Translations under genes and position numbers: made by a program | Shown here: piece by piece, positions 23,602-37,564 of the stretch | Position numbering within the stretch: position 1 is the stretch's first letter | How the letters are laid out: every line of letters begins with the position of its first letter | The notes under the pieces: model-generated | What the model was told of the DNA's origin: nothing | The model's input: the letters and a program-made list of their open reading frames with translations, nothing else | Database searches by the model: none | Origin: Eledone cirrhosa | Lineage: Eukaryota | DNA length: 64,000 nt | Reading direction: 5' to 3' | NCBI GenBank assembly: GCA_964016885.1 | Contig: CAXHJY010000862.1 | Span: 18,725 to 82,724, forward strand

Positions 23602-24231
23602 TATATAAATAATAATAAAATAGATGATCTTTTGATCAATTACATTTTATTATACATATTTCGGATGTACAACAGTACGTTCTCATCAGACAAAATATAA
23701 TGATACATGACATACCCTGAGATGTTAAATGGTTAAGATTTAATCAAGGTAGTGATTAACCAAAGAGAAAATTTAACATTTATACCCTATTAATGAGAAA
23801 ATGCGAAAACGTAATAAATTCAATAGAGAAAGTGCGAGTAAGAAAAACGTTGCTTAATGTAACAGTTATAGAGATATTAAGATGTATGATACAATTTACT
23901 CGCACTTTCTCTATTAATTTATTACGTTTTCGCATTTTCTCATTATTAGGGTATAAATGTTAAATTTTCTCTTTGGTTAATTACTACCTTGATTAAATCT
24001 TAACCATTTAACATCTCAGGGTATGTCATGTATCCTTATATTTTGTCTGATGAGGACGTACTGTTGTACATCCGAAATATGTATAATAAAATGTAATTGA
24101 TCAAAAGAACATCTTTTTTATTAATATTTATATATTAATATTAATAACTCTGGAAAATTATTTTTTGTAGAGTGCTTCCAATCTACTGTAAAACTCATTC
24201 TTTGACATACTCATTGAATCTGGTTTAACTA

Positions 24232-24240
<9 letters not shown>
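23595..24240. mobile_element. Fold-back pLTR pair with two hammerheads, just upstream of IVD
   Basis: Inverted arms of about 240 bp. + fold 24036-24096 has an 11-bp stem I (TTATATTTTGT/ATAAAATGTAA), stem II GGACGTAC-TGTT-GTACATCC and GAAA-TATGTA-TA; - copy at 23640-23700. Confidence 0.85.
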
Positions 24241-24303
<63 letters not shown>

Positions 24304-24459
24304 AAACTTGCTATTCCCCAGCGTTGCCATATTATTTTTTATACGCTCCCGTCTTCTCTCCATGCAATCACCTTGACTTGAGAGTTATCTCCCTTGCTGT
24401 ATATGCAATCTTTAATCACGCATCTACCTGTCTGTGTATTTCTTCTCTTGCTTCAAAGC

Positions 24460-25914
24460 ATGGCTTTTCGCCGTTTATCTTCCTCTCTTGGCAGAAGTTT
24501 ACTAAAATGTTCTCGTCACCATCAATGTCTACCTTTACGAATGTCTTCTCATTTCCCTATCGACGATTCACTTTTTGGTCTAACAGACGAACAAAAGCAA
24601 GTAAGTCGTATTTTGTAGAGTTTTGTTCATTAATTGTCCACTTCGTTTCTTTCTCCTTCAAAAAAATATAGAAATGTTATTATTAAGCCTGTAAGGTCAG
24701 TTTCGGTCAAATAAGTTCCTTCCACCCGTGACTATCCTGTCAGAGTTTGTCTTCAAATGATGTATATATCTAAGGTGTATTTTTTGTTTAAAGACGTGCG
24801 TGCGTGCGTGTTTGTCTCTCTCTTTGTGTATGTGTGAGAGAAAGTGTGTAATTTGAGGGTTAATTGACTGCTGTTTCTAGCAGAATAATCGACTATGTAG
24901 AGTTTTTCCTTCAAAAGTTTATAACACAGCTGGTACTGTTGGGAGTTTTTGTGCTGGCGCGGGTACCGTACGAGAGTAATTTTTTGTTATTCAACTTGGA
25001 ACTAAACTGTCGTAATATTAAAATATATAAAATATAATTGTTATTGTGGACCTGAGTTGGAAGCGGAGAACGTGTCATAATATGTGGCCTCCCAGATGAG
25101 GGTTCTACCCCCTGTGGAACTGAGTTCGTATCCCTGTCAGGATACTCAGACAAATTCATTTAATTTCACTTCAGCTTCACCAACACCCTTAATTAACTCG
25201 TTTAAGATTATATATTCTGCCAGGAAGCGCGACATCGTTAGATAGTACCAGCAATGGAAAGACCAATGGAAACATTGTTTCCTCGGTCCAATTTGACGAG
25301 TTCCACCGCACTCTGTAAGTGAATGAGGTCTGGGACTTTGACGATTGATCGATAACAAAAGATTATATAACCATAACAATCTACCATTTTATTTTCACAT
25401 GGCCTTGGACTCGGTCGAAAGCTTTCAAAACTTCGTAATTAAAAAAAAAAACATATAACCATGTTTCGTGTTTGGTGTTATTGGTATTATTGTTGTTATT
25501 GGTGTTATTGTTGTGCAAATACGTACGTACATAGTTGCACCCACACACAAACAGACATATCATCATCATCATTTCACGTCCGTTCTTTCCACACTAGCAT
25601 GGGTTAGACGGGTTGTCCTGTTGTGGGCAGTGTCCGGTCGGCTGACCTTGTCTTGCTCATACGGGAACTGATTCTGGCTTGATTTCTACAGCTGGATGCC
25701 CTTCCTAACACCAACCTCATTTACAGTGAGTGGTGGGTGCTTTTTTGCCGTGGCACCTCCACGACCACTTCGCAGTGGAATGATATGGACCCCAGTCCTA
25801 TCATCTCATTTCTACAGCTGAGTAAACTGGAGCAATGTGAAATAAAGTGTCTTACTTGTATTTATCTAGTTGATGTCTAAATTCCAATGAAAGAATCTTG
25901 TTTCTATGTTATAA

Positions 25915-25950
<36 letters not shown>

Positions 25951-26320
25951 AATATATAAAATAACATACATACGTAAATATATATATTTACATATTTGTG
26001 TGTGTATGTGTGTGTCTATATATATATATCGATCGACTTTCGTCAAATCGGACCGAGGCAACAATGTTTTCCGTTGGTCTTTCCAATTGCTAATACTATC
26101 TATCGGTCGCAACTCCAGGTAGAAGGAGCAACGTGAAATAAAGTGTCATAATCAAGGACATAATGCATCGCCCGGTCCAAGAATCGAACTCACAACTCAA
26201 GTTTGTGAATCAAATTCTCTAACCACTCAGCCACACCCCTTTGTGTATATATATACATACACATATTTGTGTATATATAAACATGCATATTCACATATAT
26301 ATATATATATATATATGTAA

Positions 26321-26356
<36 letters not shown>

Positions 26357-27566
26357 TCATCGTCACCACCATCACTATCGTCATCAAAATCACTATCATC
26401 ATCACCATCAACATCATCACCAACTTCACCAGCATCATTATCATCATCATCACCATCACCACCACCATCATCATCACCATCACCATCACCAACACTACCA
26501 CCACCATCATCATCAGCAGCAGCAGTTAAGAATATTTTATTTATTTTCTCATTGGTTTAGCTTCGAGAATCTGTCTTCCAGTTTGTACAGAAGGAACTTG
26601 CTCCAAAGGCTACTGAAATTGATCGCACCAATAACTTCTCTGAACTACGGGTAAGTTGCCTAGGCCCCAGGCTGTCTAGTTCCCATATTGCCTAGTTACC
26701 ATGTTGGCTAGTCCTATAGTTACCTAATGACCAAGTGTCTTAGTCTCCAAGTTCCCAAGTTGATCAATCCCCTAATTACCACATTACATAGTTGCTTAAG
26801 GCCCAAGTTGCTGAACGCCCAAGTTGCTTAACACCCACATTGATTAATGCCCACATTGTGTAAGGCCAAAATTACTTAATACCCAAGTTGATCACTCCCA
26901 AAGTTTCTTGTGCCCAAATTGCCTAGTCCCCAAGTTGCCCAGCCCTATAGTTTCCTACTGCCTAAGTTGTCTAGAACCCATTATTCCCTTTTCAACTACT
27001 ACTACTACTACACTTGTCTCTCCCTTCCTTTCCCAGAGCTAGCTTGATTTGTTCCATCTCCATCCAAGTCTGTCCAACTCACTCGCCTCTTCTCCTCATG
27101 TCATTCTTATTATATCTACCCATAACCTTGTCCTTACACTCTTCATTATTTTCAAAAATATTTGATAATCTGAGGCAGTGTCTTTCATTAGAAATATGGT
27201 AATGAAAGGGTTAATGACATAGACAGTGTCTTTCATTAGAAATATGGTAATGAAAGGGTTAACAGGATTATACTTTTTGTTTCCACTATACTTCAGGAAT
27301 TCTGGTTAAAATGTGGTGAAATGGGTTTACTTGGAATCACAGCTCCCAGTAAGTATATATTTCTCAATACAGTCTCTTTCCAATAGAGCTAATATAAGGT
27401 TAGAAAACTACTATTACTACTGCCACTGCTGCTACTATTGTTGTTGTTGCTAGTGTGACCTGGGACTAAACAACAACAATGAATGATGATGATTAGAATA
27501 TTGTCTTTGTATTACATCAACTGAAGATTGTGTCTAGACATATTTTAAAGATAAATCACAATTAAG

Positions 27567-27624
<58 letters not shown>

Positions 27625-29561
27625 GATGTCCCCCAAAAATGTATACACACTTTGATTACCTGTACAGGCAATATTTATTAGAATGCTGTTGAAGTGTATA
27701 TACATTTTTGGGACACACACCCTGTATGTGTATATTGTACAATGTGCACTTTAAAGTATATAATGTGTATATATACTATATATATATTCTATATATGTGC
27801 ATTGTAAAGTATATAATGTGTATTAAAAGTATATGTATATATGTATATTATATATTATTATATGTATATATATATATATAAGGACGGTGGATTGGCAGTA
27901 TCGGTAGAGTGTCGGATGCCATTCTGAGTTCAAATCCTGCCGAGGTTAACTTTGCCTTTCATCCTTACAGGGTAGATAAAATAAAGTACCAGTAATACAC
28001 TGGGTAATTGTGCCAAAAGTAGAAACAATTATATATATATATGCATTGTAAAATGTATAATGTGTATATGTACATTATATATGTATATTATACATTATCT
28101 GTATATATTATACATTATCTGTATATATATATGTACTGGGTAATTGCTGGCCTTGTGCCAAAAAGTAGAAACAATTATCTGTATATATATATGCATTGAA
28201 AAGTGTATATATATATACACATATGATGTGTCTAATGATATGTGCAGGTGAGGCTAAGGGTACAGACGTGACTTTGTGTTTAAAATTGCTGCAGTTGTTA
28301 GACTATCAGCTGTGATACCTTGCAGTAACTGTTCTGTCTCTGTAAATTCTGATTTCAAATTCCTCCTCCTGTTACCAGAAAGATGCATTGGGTGGTGGCT
28401 GGTGGTTCTCCTTATTAAAACCTTCAAGATACCTTCTTTGAGATGGTATAGGAGATCAACAAACCTATACTACTGTAAACTGTAACAACAACAACTACAA
28501 CATTGACCTTATATGGTTTTAAATGAATATTTTGAGCATATTACTCCAGTTCAGGTTTAAAATAATATCTCTGATCACTTTATATCAACTAGCCTTCTCT
28601 CTAATTTTTTCTATTTATTTATTTATTCAATTTAAACGTCCGTATAGAGCTATCCATGACAGACTAGGGGAAGTACTTCTTACAGTTGAGAAACAAAAAA
28701 ACAAGATATACAGAGATAAGTGAAAATAAAAATTAAAATAAAATAAAATGAAAATTTGAATAGGGAAGCCAATGGGAGGCAAAATAAGCATAAAAAAAGA
28801 TAAAGAAAAATGGGAAACAAGGGACGCTGTAAAGTAACTAGGAGGTCAATAGCCCCTCTTTACTACTGTAAGGGGGCTAGGAGGTCAGTAGTCCAACATC
28901 AGTACTGACTCGGTCTATGTAGACCTGTCCAACTGTTGCTAGCTGGGATAGCAGACATTAACCCTTTAGCATTTACGTTACTCTATATTTACTATTGTAT
29001 TTTTGTGGTAAAGGCTTTATCTCACATAATTATCTCACATAATCTATGAGATTTTGATGTTATTTATTTTGAGAACAATACATTAACATCAGTAAGAGCA
29101 GCCGGTTTGAACTGAAGGAGGTGAGGGAATTCTGGATAGATATGGCCAGTTTAAATGCTAAACGGTTAAATGGTTAATGATGATGATGATGATTAACATT
29201 GCGATTCTATTTTCCAGGTGAGTTTGGAGGTTCTGATGGTGGTTACCTGGATCATTGTCTTGTCATGGAAGAGATGTCTCGAGCATGTGGTGCTATAGCT
29301 CTTAGTTATGGAGCACATTCTAATCTTTGTGTCAATCAACTTGTACGCAATGGAACACAAGAACAGAAAGAGAAATATCTACCAAAGGTAATAATCTCTT
29401 TCTTTCCTCTCTCTCTCTCTCTTTCTCCCCCACCCCCTCTCTCTCTCGTTCAGTTGATTTTTTTAGGGTGTTTCAATAGATTTTCCTTATTTATGTATCA
29501 TCATTATCATCACCATTTAACATCCATTTTTCCATGCTAGCACAGGTTATATATATATATG

Positions 29562-29594
<33 letters not shown>

Positions 29595-31928
29595 GGAACG
29601 AGTAGGACCCCGACGGCTGAGCTCAAGCCGTTTTGACGGCTAATTCAGTCCAGAATTAGCCGTCAAAACGGCTTGAGCTCAGCCGTCGGGGTCCTACTCA
29701 TTCCTATTACCCACTCTACTACCCTAAGTATTGAGTACTTTGGTGCGTTATGGTCCATCTGGTTCCTTACCACATTTCCTTCATTATATATATATATCCA
29801 GGGAGTGTAACTTGGAGTTACTGTAGGTTCACCCGGGTGAGCACTCGATGTTTAGGTTCACTTCAGTGTTGAGGTGTAGAGCTATACAGAGTGTATTATA
29901 GTGAAAAGATAACATGGGTGATTGGTTATTCCTTCATTACATTTATTGGCAGGTGATGTGCGTTTCGCCACTGATCAGCTCAAGGTTCGATCTGTATCGA
30001 TCTTACCCGACTCTGTAATCTGCAGGTCGACGGACCTTGAGCTGATCAGTGGCGAACCACGCGTCACCAACCAATCAATGTAATGAAGGAGTAACCAATC
30101 GTCCTTGTTATATTTTCACTATATATATGTATGTAAGTGTGTGTATATATATGTGTGCGTGTGTGTGTGTGTATGTGTGTGTATATGTGTGTGTGTGTAT
30201 ATATATATGTGTGTGTGTACATGTATGTGTATATACAGCTAATTTTGTAATGTAATCTGTTCCAGTTGATAACAGGTGAACATATGGGAGCTTTAGCCAT
30301 GAGTGAACCAGGAAGTGGCTCAGACGTGGTCTCCATGAAACTTAAAGCAACATTTAAAGGTAACATATTAGGATTATCTGTGGATCTTTAAGAGAGAGTC
30401 ATCTTTTATCCTGCAAGAACATCTTGGATTTACATCTCGATTGTTCAGAGTCTCTGAGGCAGAGATTCATCATCATCATCATACTTAAACAGCAACCAGT
30501 GAAAAATATGTGGCTTTGGTGGAGGACTGATTTAAAGGTTCTACTGGAATATCTCCTCATTCAAACATTTGGATAAAAGCCACACATATATGTATGTGTG
30601 TGTGTGTGTGCATATATGTATGTGTGTATATATATATGTGTGTGTATATATATATGTGAGTGTGTGTATATATATATGTGTGTGTATATATATATATGTA
30701 TTTGTATATATGTGTGTGTGTGTGTGTGTGTATATATCTGTGTGTGTGTGTATATATATATGTGTGTGTGTGTGTGTATATACATGTATATATATATGTA
30801 TGTGTGTGTATGTGTATATACATGTATATATATATATATATGTAGGTGTGTATATATATATATATGTGTGTGTAGATGTATATATATATATTTATGGAGG
30901 CACATGGCTTAGTGGTTAGAGCATTGGCTTTGCAATCGAAAGGTTGTGAGTTCAATTCTCAGACCGAGTGATGTGTTGTTTCTTTCAGCAAGACACTTTA
31001 TTTCACATTGCTCCAGTTTACTCAGCTGTAGAAATGAGATGATAGGGATTGGGGTCCCTATCATTCCACTGCAAAGTGGTCGTGGAGGTGCCACGGCAAA
31101 AAGCACCCAGCACTCACTGTAAATGAGGTTGGTGTTAGGAAGGGCATCCAGCTGTAGAAATCAAGCCAGAATCAGTTCCCGTCCCAGCTTTGCAAGCAAC
31201 GAAAAGCGGACGTAAAATGATGATGATATATATATATATATACACATGTATTTATGTATGTAAACACTTATGTATGTAAACACTTATTTCATCAGGAGAC
31301 CATTATGAACTAACTGGAAACAAGTTTTGGATAACAAATGGACCAGATGCGGACGTGTTGGTAGTCTACGCTAAAACTGACCCTGACAATGAGAAACCCC
31401 AACATGGTATAACAGCTTTTCTAGTAGAGAAGGTAGGACCTGTTTAAAGATTTCATTGTTTCTATATCATCATCATTAACATTATCAAATCTCGCTGAGG
31501 TTAGCTTTGCCTTACTGGGTTGATAAAATAAAGTACCAGTAATGCACTGGGGTCGATTTAATCGACTTTCCCCTCCCCTTCAAATTGCTGGCCTAAAGTA
31601 GAAATAATTATTTTTTGGGGTCTATGTTCCATACTTGCAATACATTACGTAGTGGGTAAATGGATTTGCATAGGAACACAAAATCATATATATATATGAC
31701 CATTACTGGCGGCGATCACTTTGGAAAGAATCGGTCCTAACTGAGGGAGTCTCTTGATATGCTTGACGCCTCATGGATGATGTGCATGTGCAGCGATCTT
31801 GCACATTTCCACATAGCACAAGCGAAACTGCCGGCAGTCGGGGCTGGAAGAATATCAGTAAACATTTATCTATTATTTCTTTTACTCTTTTACCTGTCCC
31901 TTAGGTTACCTTCATATGGTGCTGTGGG

Positions 31929-31980
<52 letters not shown>

Positions 31981-32132
31981 AAATTTGAAGACTAAATATA
32001 TACGTATATATATATACACACACAGAAACAAAATGGCGTAGAATAGAAGAAAGGAAAGGCACAGAAAATAAATTGAAGTGCAAGCAACTGGTGCGTGTGT
32101 TTCTTATTGGCAACATGACCCTCCCAAAGTAT

Positions 32133-32181
<49 letters not shown>

Positions 32182-33724
32182 CGTATATATTTAGTCTTCA
32201 AATTTATTATTATTACTATATATATATTATTTCTTTGTGTGTTTCCTGTTGTTTCAGGATATGCCTGGTTTCTCAAAAGGACCAAAACTTGACAAACTTG
32301 GAATGCGTGGTTCGAATACCTGTGAATTGGTGTTTGAAGGTTGTAAAGTACCAGGTAAGGTAATCAACACACTCTACTTGCAATTACTACTACTACCACT
32401 ACTGCTGCTGCTGCTACTACTACCTAACTTATAATGAATATTTTCCCTGTTTCTAGTGGAGAACATGCTTGGTGCCAAAAATAAAGGAGTTTATGTTTTG
32501 ATGAGTGGTTTGGATTATGAAAGACTGGTCTTAGCAGCTGGTCCTTTGGGGTGAGTTAAAACCCTTTTTATCTTGTGTCTAATTACCTGGTCTAACTTAT
32601 GTCATTACCTGGTCTGTGACGTGTCTTATTACCTGGTCTGTGACGTGTCTTATTACCTGGTCTAAGATGTGTCTTATCATGTGGTCTACAATGTGTCTAA
32701 TTACCTGGGCTAAGATGTGTCTAATTACCTGGTCTAAGATGTGTCTTATCACCTGGTCTAAGACATGTCTTATTACGTGGTCTAACAGGTGTTCTCTTAT
32801 TACAGGTTAATGCAAGGCTGCTGTGATGTTGCATTTGAGTATGCCCACATCCGTGAACAGTTCAACACCAAAATTGGGCATTACCAGGCAAGTTGGGACA
32901 ATTACACATCTAATTAGACACGACAACCCCCACCAACACCACTGACACCACTTCCACTACCACCACCACTGACAACAACAACACTACCACCACCACCACT
33001 GACAACAACAACACTACCACCACCACTGACAACAACAACACTACCACCACCACAATCAACCCCACCAACACCAACACCATCACCACAATCAACCCCAACA
33101 CCAATACCACCACCACAATCAACCCCAACACCAACAACACCACCACTACAACCACCAACTACAATGCCATCACCACCAACAACAACGACATCACCACCAC
33201 CACTGACAAGACTACCAACAACAACACCACCACCACCAACCCCAACACCAATAACACCACCAACAACAACACCACAATTACAACCACCACCAACAACCAC
33301 CACCACCAACAACAACAACACCACCACCACAATCAACAACACCACCACCAACCCCCTTTCCTTCTTTTATCTTTTGCAGATGATCCAATCCAAGATGGCT
33401 GACATGTACTGTTCCCTAAATGTGTGTCGGTCGTATGTTTATAATGTTGCCAAAGCCCTAGACAGTGGCAAAAGAGCCCCTAATGTAAGTAGACCCTTTA
33501 TATAGACAGTAATTTACTATTAATGTAATGTTGTCTCATCTACTGCCCTTCTGGCAAATGTAGAAAGAATTTGTTGGTAGTTTTGGTTATTATTGGTTGA
33601 ACAAGAGTGGTGGATTGGCAGTAGAGCATAGAGTTTCGACCCTTTAGAGTGTCAGACAACCAGACAACATGATTTGTTCAAATCCCGCCGAGGTTAGCTT
33701 TGCCTTTCGTCCTTTTATATATAT

Positions 33725-33805
<81 letters not shown>

Positions 33806-33830
33806 GATGAAAGGCAAAGCTAACCTTGGT

Positions 33831-33874
<44 letters not shown>

Positions 33875-34970
33875 TGTATATGTATATATATATATATATA
33901 TATACACACACATGTATATGTATATATATATATAGAGAGAGAGAGGTGAGAGATTTTTGGTCGGATACAACCGGTTTAAATGCTAAAGGGTTAATATTCA
34001 AAATTTGTAACTCAACAGTTCTAAAAATAGAGAATGATTTATTTCTTGTCTCAACAGGACTGTGCAGGTGCCATATTGTATGTAGCTGAGGCAGCAACTA
34101 GAGTTGGTTTGGAGGCTATTCAAATCCTTGGTAAGTAGACTTCAATTTTGCTGTCTTGTAGACAGAAACTCAGTGGAAGCCTGTCAGAGGGATTGTACCT
34201 GTATTTCACACATTGTTGTGTTAAACCTCCCTCAGGTTTATGTCATGGGTAACCCACGTCTGTGGAATACTCAACCACTTAGTGTGTTAATTTCATAATC
34301 ATGTTGCCCCATTGATCAAACCAGATATAGGCCCTTAGCTCTCTTCTATTCTGTTATTAATTCTTTATTTCAGGAGGAAATGGCTCCATAAATGACTCCA
34401 ATCCAATCCAGACCCATCTCACTCTTGTTGGAGGAACCCCTCCCTTGTTGACCTCCACAGCTTTCTGTTTGGTTTTGGTCATGTCTTCAGGGGTGTAGGC
34501 ATTCATACGCTTGGCTAATTGTGGGTTGCTTAGGTTATTTAATTCATAGTTGACACTGAGGTGTTCATCCACCCCTTTTAAACAACTTTTGTTGTTTTAT
34601 GCTGCTGGGGTTCCACTTACCCTCCTCACCTCACCTCATCAGACCAGGATCTGGTTGGGAAGCCGGTTTAGTCGCCAACCAGTCAACCATGAATCATAAA
34701 AGACTACCTCATTAAACCTGGTGGAGCCCCATTTTATATTCCATTCCATTCTGTTATTCAGGAGGAAATGGAAGAATGATCGTCAAACAAAATGGAGGTC
34801 TATCACCCAATTCCATTCTATTATTCTCAATTTCAGGAGGAAATGGCTACATTAATGACTACCCTGTTGGAAGAATGACTCGTGATGCGAAACTGTATGA
34901 GATTGGAGCCGGCACCAGTGAAGTGCGACGTCTTATCATTGCACGGTCTATCAATGCTTTCTATCGATGA
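24460..34970 (+). CDS. IVD: Isovaleryl-CoA dehydrogenase, mitochondrial (12 exons, 422 aa)
   Basis: Exons 24460-24600, 26561-26650, 27297-27348, 29218-29387, 30266-30359, 31296-31432, 32258-32354, 32457-32550, 32806-32887, 33380-33484, 34058-34130, 34837-34970 join in frame (1269 nt). Motifs [48 protein letters not shown] (IVD catalytic Glu), [19 protein letters not shown]; Arg/Ser-rich transit peptide. Confidence 0.96.
26030..26240 (-). mobile_element. tRNA/CORE-like SINE (variant tail); related copy 35410-35640(+)
   Basis: Minus strand GTGTGGCTGAGTGGTTAGAG..GAGTTCGATTC..TCCTTGATTATGACACTTTATTTCACGTTGCTCC. Confidence 0.7.
26655..26980. repeat. Degenerate minisatellite (AAGTTGCCTAGTCCC-like)
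   Basis: Repeated CCAAGTTG/GCCTAG motifs in IVD intron 2. Confidence 0.6.
27622..27724. mobile_element. Tc1/mariner-type MITE
   Basis: TIRs CAGGATGTCCCCCAAAAATGTATACACACTT / AAGTGTATATACATTTTTGGGACACACACCCTG, flanked by TA. Confidence 0.75.
27880..28030 (+). mobile_element. tRNA-SINE family B (Meta-domain-like core)
   Basis: GAGTTCAAATCC..GAGGTTAACTTTGCCTTTCATCCTTAC.GGGT.GATAAAATAAAGTACCAG. Other copies at 31490-31610, 33605-33710, 46040-46260(-), 46815-46945(-), 47415-47590(-), 58305-58510(-), 58530-58730(-), 59205-59385(+). Confidence 0.75.
28958..29168 (+). mobile_element. piggyBac-like MITE
   Basis: TTAA-CCCTTTAGCATTTA ... TAAATGCTAAACGG-TTAA. Confidence 0.75.
29593..29790. repeat. Palindromic repeat element (about 55-bp arms) at a (TA)n tract
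   Basis: TAGGAACGAGTAGGACCCCGACGGCTGAGCTCAAGCCGTTTTGACGGCTAATTC and its reverse complement. Relatives at 476-494, 35760-35850, 49090-49230. Confidence 0.75.
30895..31227 (+). mobile_element. Full-length SINE family A
   Basis: GGAGGCACATGGCTTAGTGGTTAGAGC..GAGTTCAATTC..CORE-like segment..GGACGTAAAATGATGATGAT. Confidence 0.85.
32575..32805. repeat. 24-bp minisatellite filling IVD intron 8
   Basis: Unit TTACCTGGTCTAAGATGTGTCTTA, about 9 copies. Confidence 0.85.
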
Positions 34971-35858
34971 TTACCAAATATTGGTTATTTCTTAGTTCCT
35001 ATCTTTGGTTTTTATGTTTTCTCTTTCTGTTTGTCAGTCAGACGAGATTTAACAACTGACCTCTAAATGTTATTATTGAAGACTGTAGCTGCACAATTTG
35101 TTACAAGACAAACAAGCTCTTCCGCTCAACTGGTGAGGGGGAGTTAGTTTTCTGTTTTATTTACTAGGGGCTGTGTTGGTGGCTGGTTGAAGGTGGTGGG
35201 TGGGTGAGAGAGAACTTTGGTAATCTTAATCTTTGGCCCTGAATCAGCATGAAAAGATGCTGGAATAAACTTTGAGAAATTGCTAATATCTATAAACAGA
35301 CAATCCAAATAAACATTTACACTCCAGAAGAAAAGTTATATAAAAATAAAATGAAATATTGATTAAAATACAATTTTTAGTAATATTATGGAATTATGTA
35401 TATTTATGTGAAGGCATGTAGCTTAGCAGTTAGAGTTGGATTCACAATCGTAAGGTTGCGAGTTCAATTCTCGGACGATGATGCGTTGCGTCCTTAAGCA
35501 AGACACTTTATTTTCACGTTGCGACCAGTAGATAGTATCAGCAATGGAAAGACCAATGGAAACATTGTTTCCTTGGTCTGATTTGACAAGGTCCACCCCA
35601 CTTGGCAAGTGAATGAGGTCTGAGATCTTGTCGCTTGATCAGTGATGTGTTTTTCTCTTCTTTTCTTATGTTCTTACTATGTGGTTAAGTATTTGGCTTT
35701 GCAACCCTGCGGTATTGGTTGGTACCACTACAAATGCCCATTATATATATATATGTGATAGGGTGCCATAAACCACCAGAGTACTCAATACTTGGGATAG
35801 TAGAGTAGGATCTAGCTGTTGAAACGGCCGGAGCTCAGCTGTCAGTCCTAAATCTTTT

Positions 35859-35936
<78 letters not shown>

Positions 35937-37564
35937 GCATAAGTACTCGTACAGTTTTATCTACATAGCATTCATCAACTGGAAGCTATGATAAAAAAAA
36001 ACACTTTTGCCCAAAGTTTTACATAGTGGGTTCAAACCCATAGCCTCCAGGTTGCACAGCTAGCTTCTGAACCATTAAACCATTTTACCCTGCATGAAAC
36101 CCTCATGATTTATTTAGTGATGGAAATAAGTTAACAAAAAAAAAGAAAGAACAGAAGAAAAAAATACCAACAAATTCTGAAATATTTATTTATTTATTTA
36201 TTGCATTCATTCAATGAATTATTTACAGATGGATCATTTAACAAACCATGATTCAAAACACGGATCATTTTGTGTATCAAACCATGGTTCAAACCATAAA
36301 TCATTTATCAAACTATGGATCATTTCCTGTAAGAAACCATACTTCAAACTACAGATCATTTCATGTATCAAACCATCGTTCAAATTAGTCGTTCATATTC
36401 CTTGACTCACACATATTGTTATTTTGTACAGTTTAGTCATTTATCCCTCCCAGGTAATGGAGAGAGGATTTTGTGTGGGGAAACTGTTGTGGCTGATTCT
36501 AGGACCTGAGCAGTGGGGTGGGGTCTGATAATGTATATAAAGCAAGTTTTGGTAAAAACAGGAGAAAGCTCTCTACATTCGTAGTTACAATGGAGATTCA
36601 GTAAAGAATAACATTAAGAAAGATGATGATGTTACATAAATGATTTATGTAACATCAGCATCTTTCTTAATGTTATTCTTATATATGTGTCATCATCATC
36701 ATCATCACCGTTTTACGTCCGTTCTTCCACGCTAGCATGGGTTAGACGGGTTGTCCTGTTGTGGGCAGTGTCTGGTCGGCTGACCATGCCTTGCTCATAC
36801 AGGAACTGATCTGGCTTGATTTCTACAGCTGGATGCCCTTCCTAACACCAACCTCATTTACAGTGAGTGCTGGGTGCTTTTTCGTGGCGCCTACACGTCC
36901 ACTTTACAGTGTGGGCTGGGTGCTTTTTTGCCGTGGCACCTCCACGACCACCTTGCGGTGGGGGGGGGGGCATATTGTTTATATGCTTCAGCATGTACCC
37001 ATGGGAGGTCGGGTACCCTGTATTACTGCGTGACGCCAGAAGTCACGGTCGTGTGTCATTGACTTTGAGAGGTGTAGTTGGGTAAGGTCGGCTTTTATCA
37101 CCTCATCCCAAGTCATCTTGGGTCTCCCCTGTGTGTGTATGTATATATATATGTGTGTGTGTGTGTTTGTATATACATTCGTAGACCTGCTACGAGAACC
37201 AGCACACAATAAACATGTCTCGTCTTTGTTCATTTTCTTCATAAGTCTCTGAGTATCACAAATATATATACATATGAAGGGCATCCAGCTGTAAAATACC
37301 TGGCCAAATTTACAATCCTTGTCGGAGCAAGGTACGGCTAGGTCAACTCTGGCCAGTCTTGCCTCCCAGTATGAACGACCCATCTAACCCATGGAAAAAT
37401 GGACACCAAACAGTTATGATGATATATACAAGAGAGAAAAAAATTTAGGTATGTATATGCATTTCCCCTTCCCACACAAAAGACCCCAAAACATCCAACA
37501 TATATGTTGAAGAGATTTAGATGGGTGAGAATATTGTTCTTTTGCCTTCGAAAAGCTTTGCAAA

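Noticed and set aside
30895-30970. tRNA-like sequences (also at 78-145, 26170-26240, 35410-35475)
   Set aside because: SINE heads continuing into CORE-like and LINE-derived tails; no complete cloverleaf.
32910-33351. Mucin-like Thr/Pro-rich or Val/Gly-rich ORFs (also 39830-40020, 26350-26525)
   Set aside because: Intronic (CAC/CAA/CAT)n trinucleotide repeats lying between verified splice sites.
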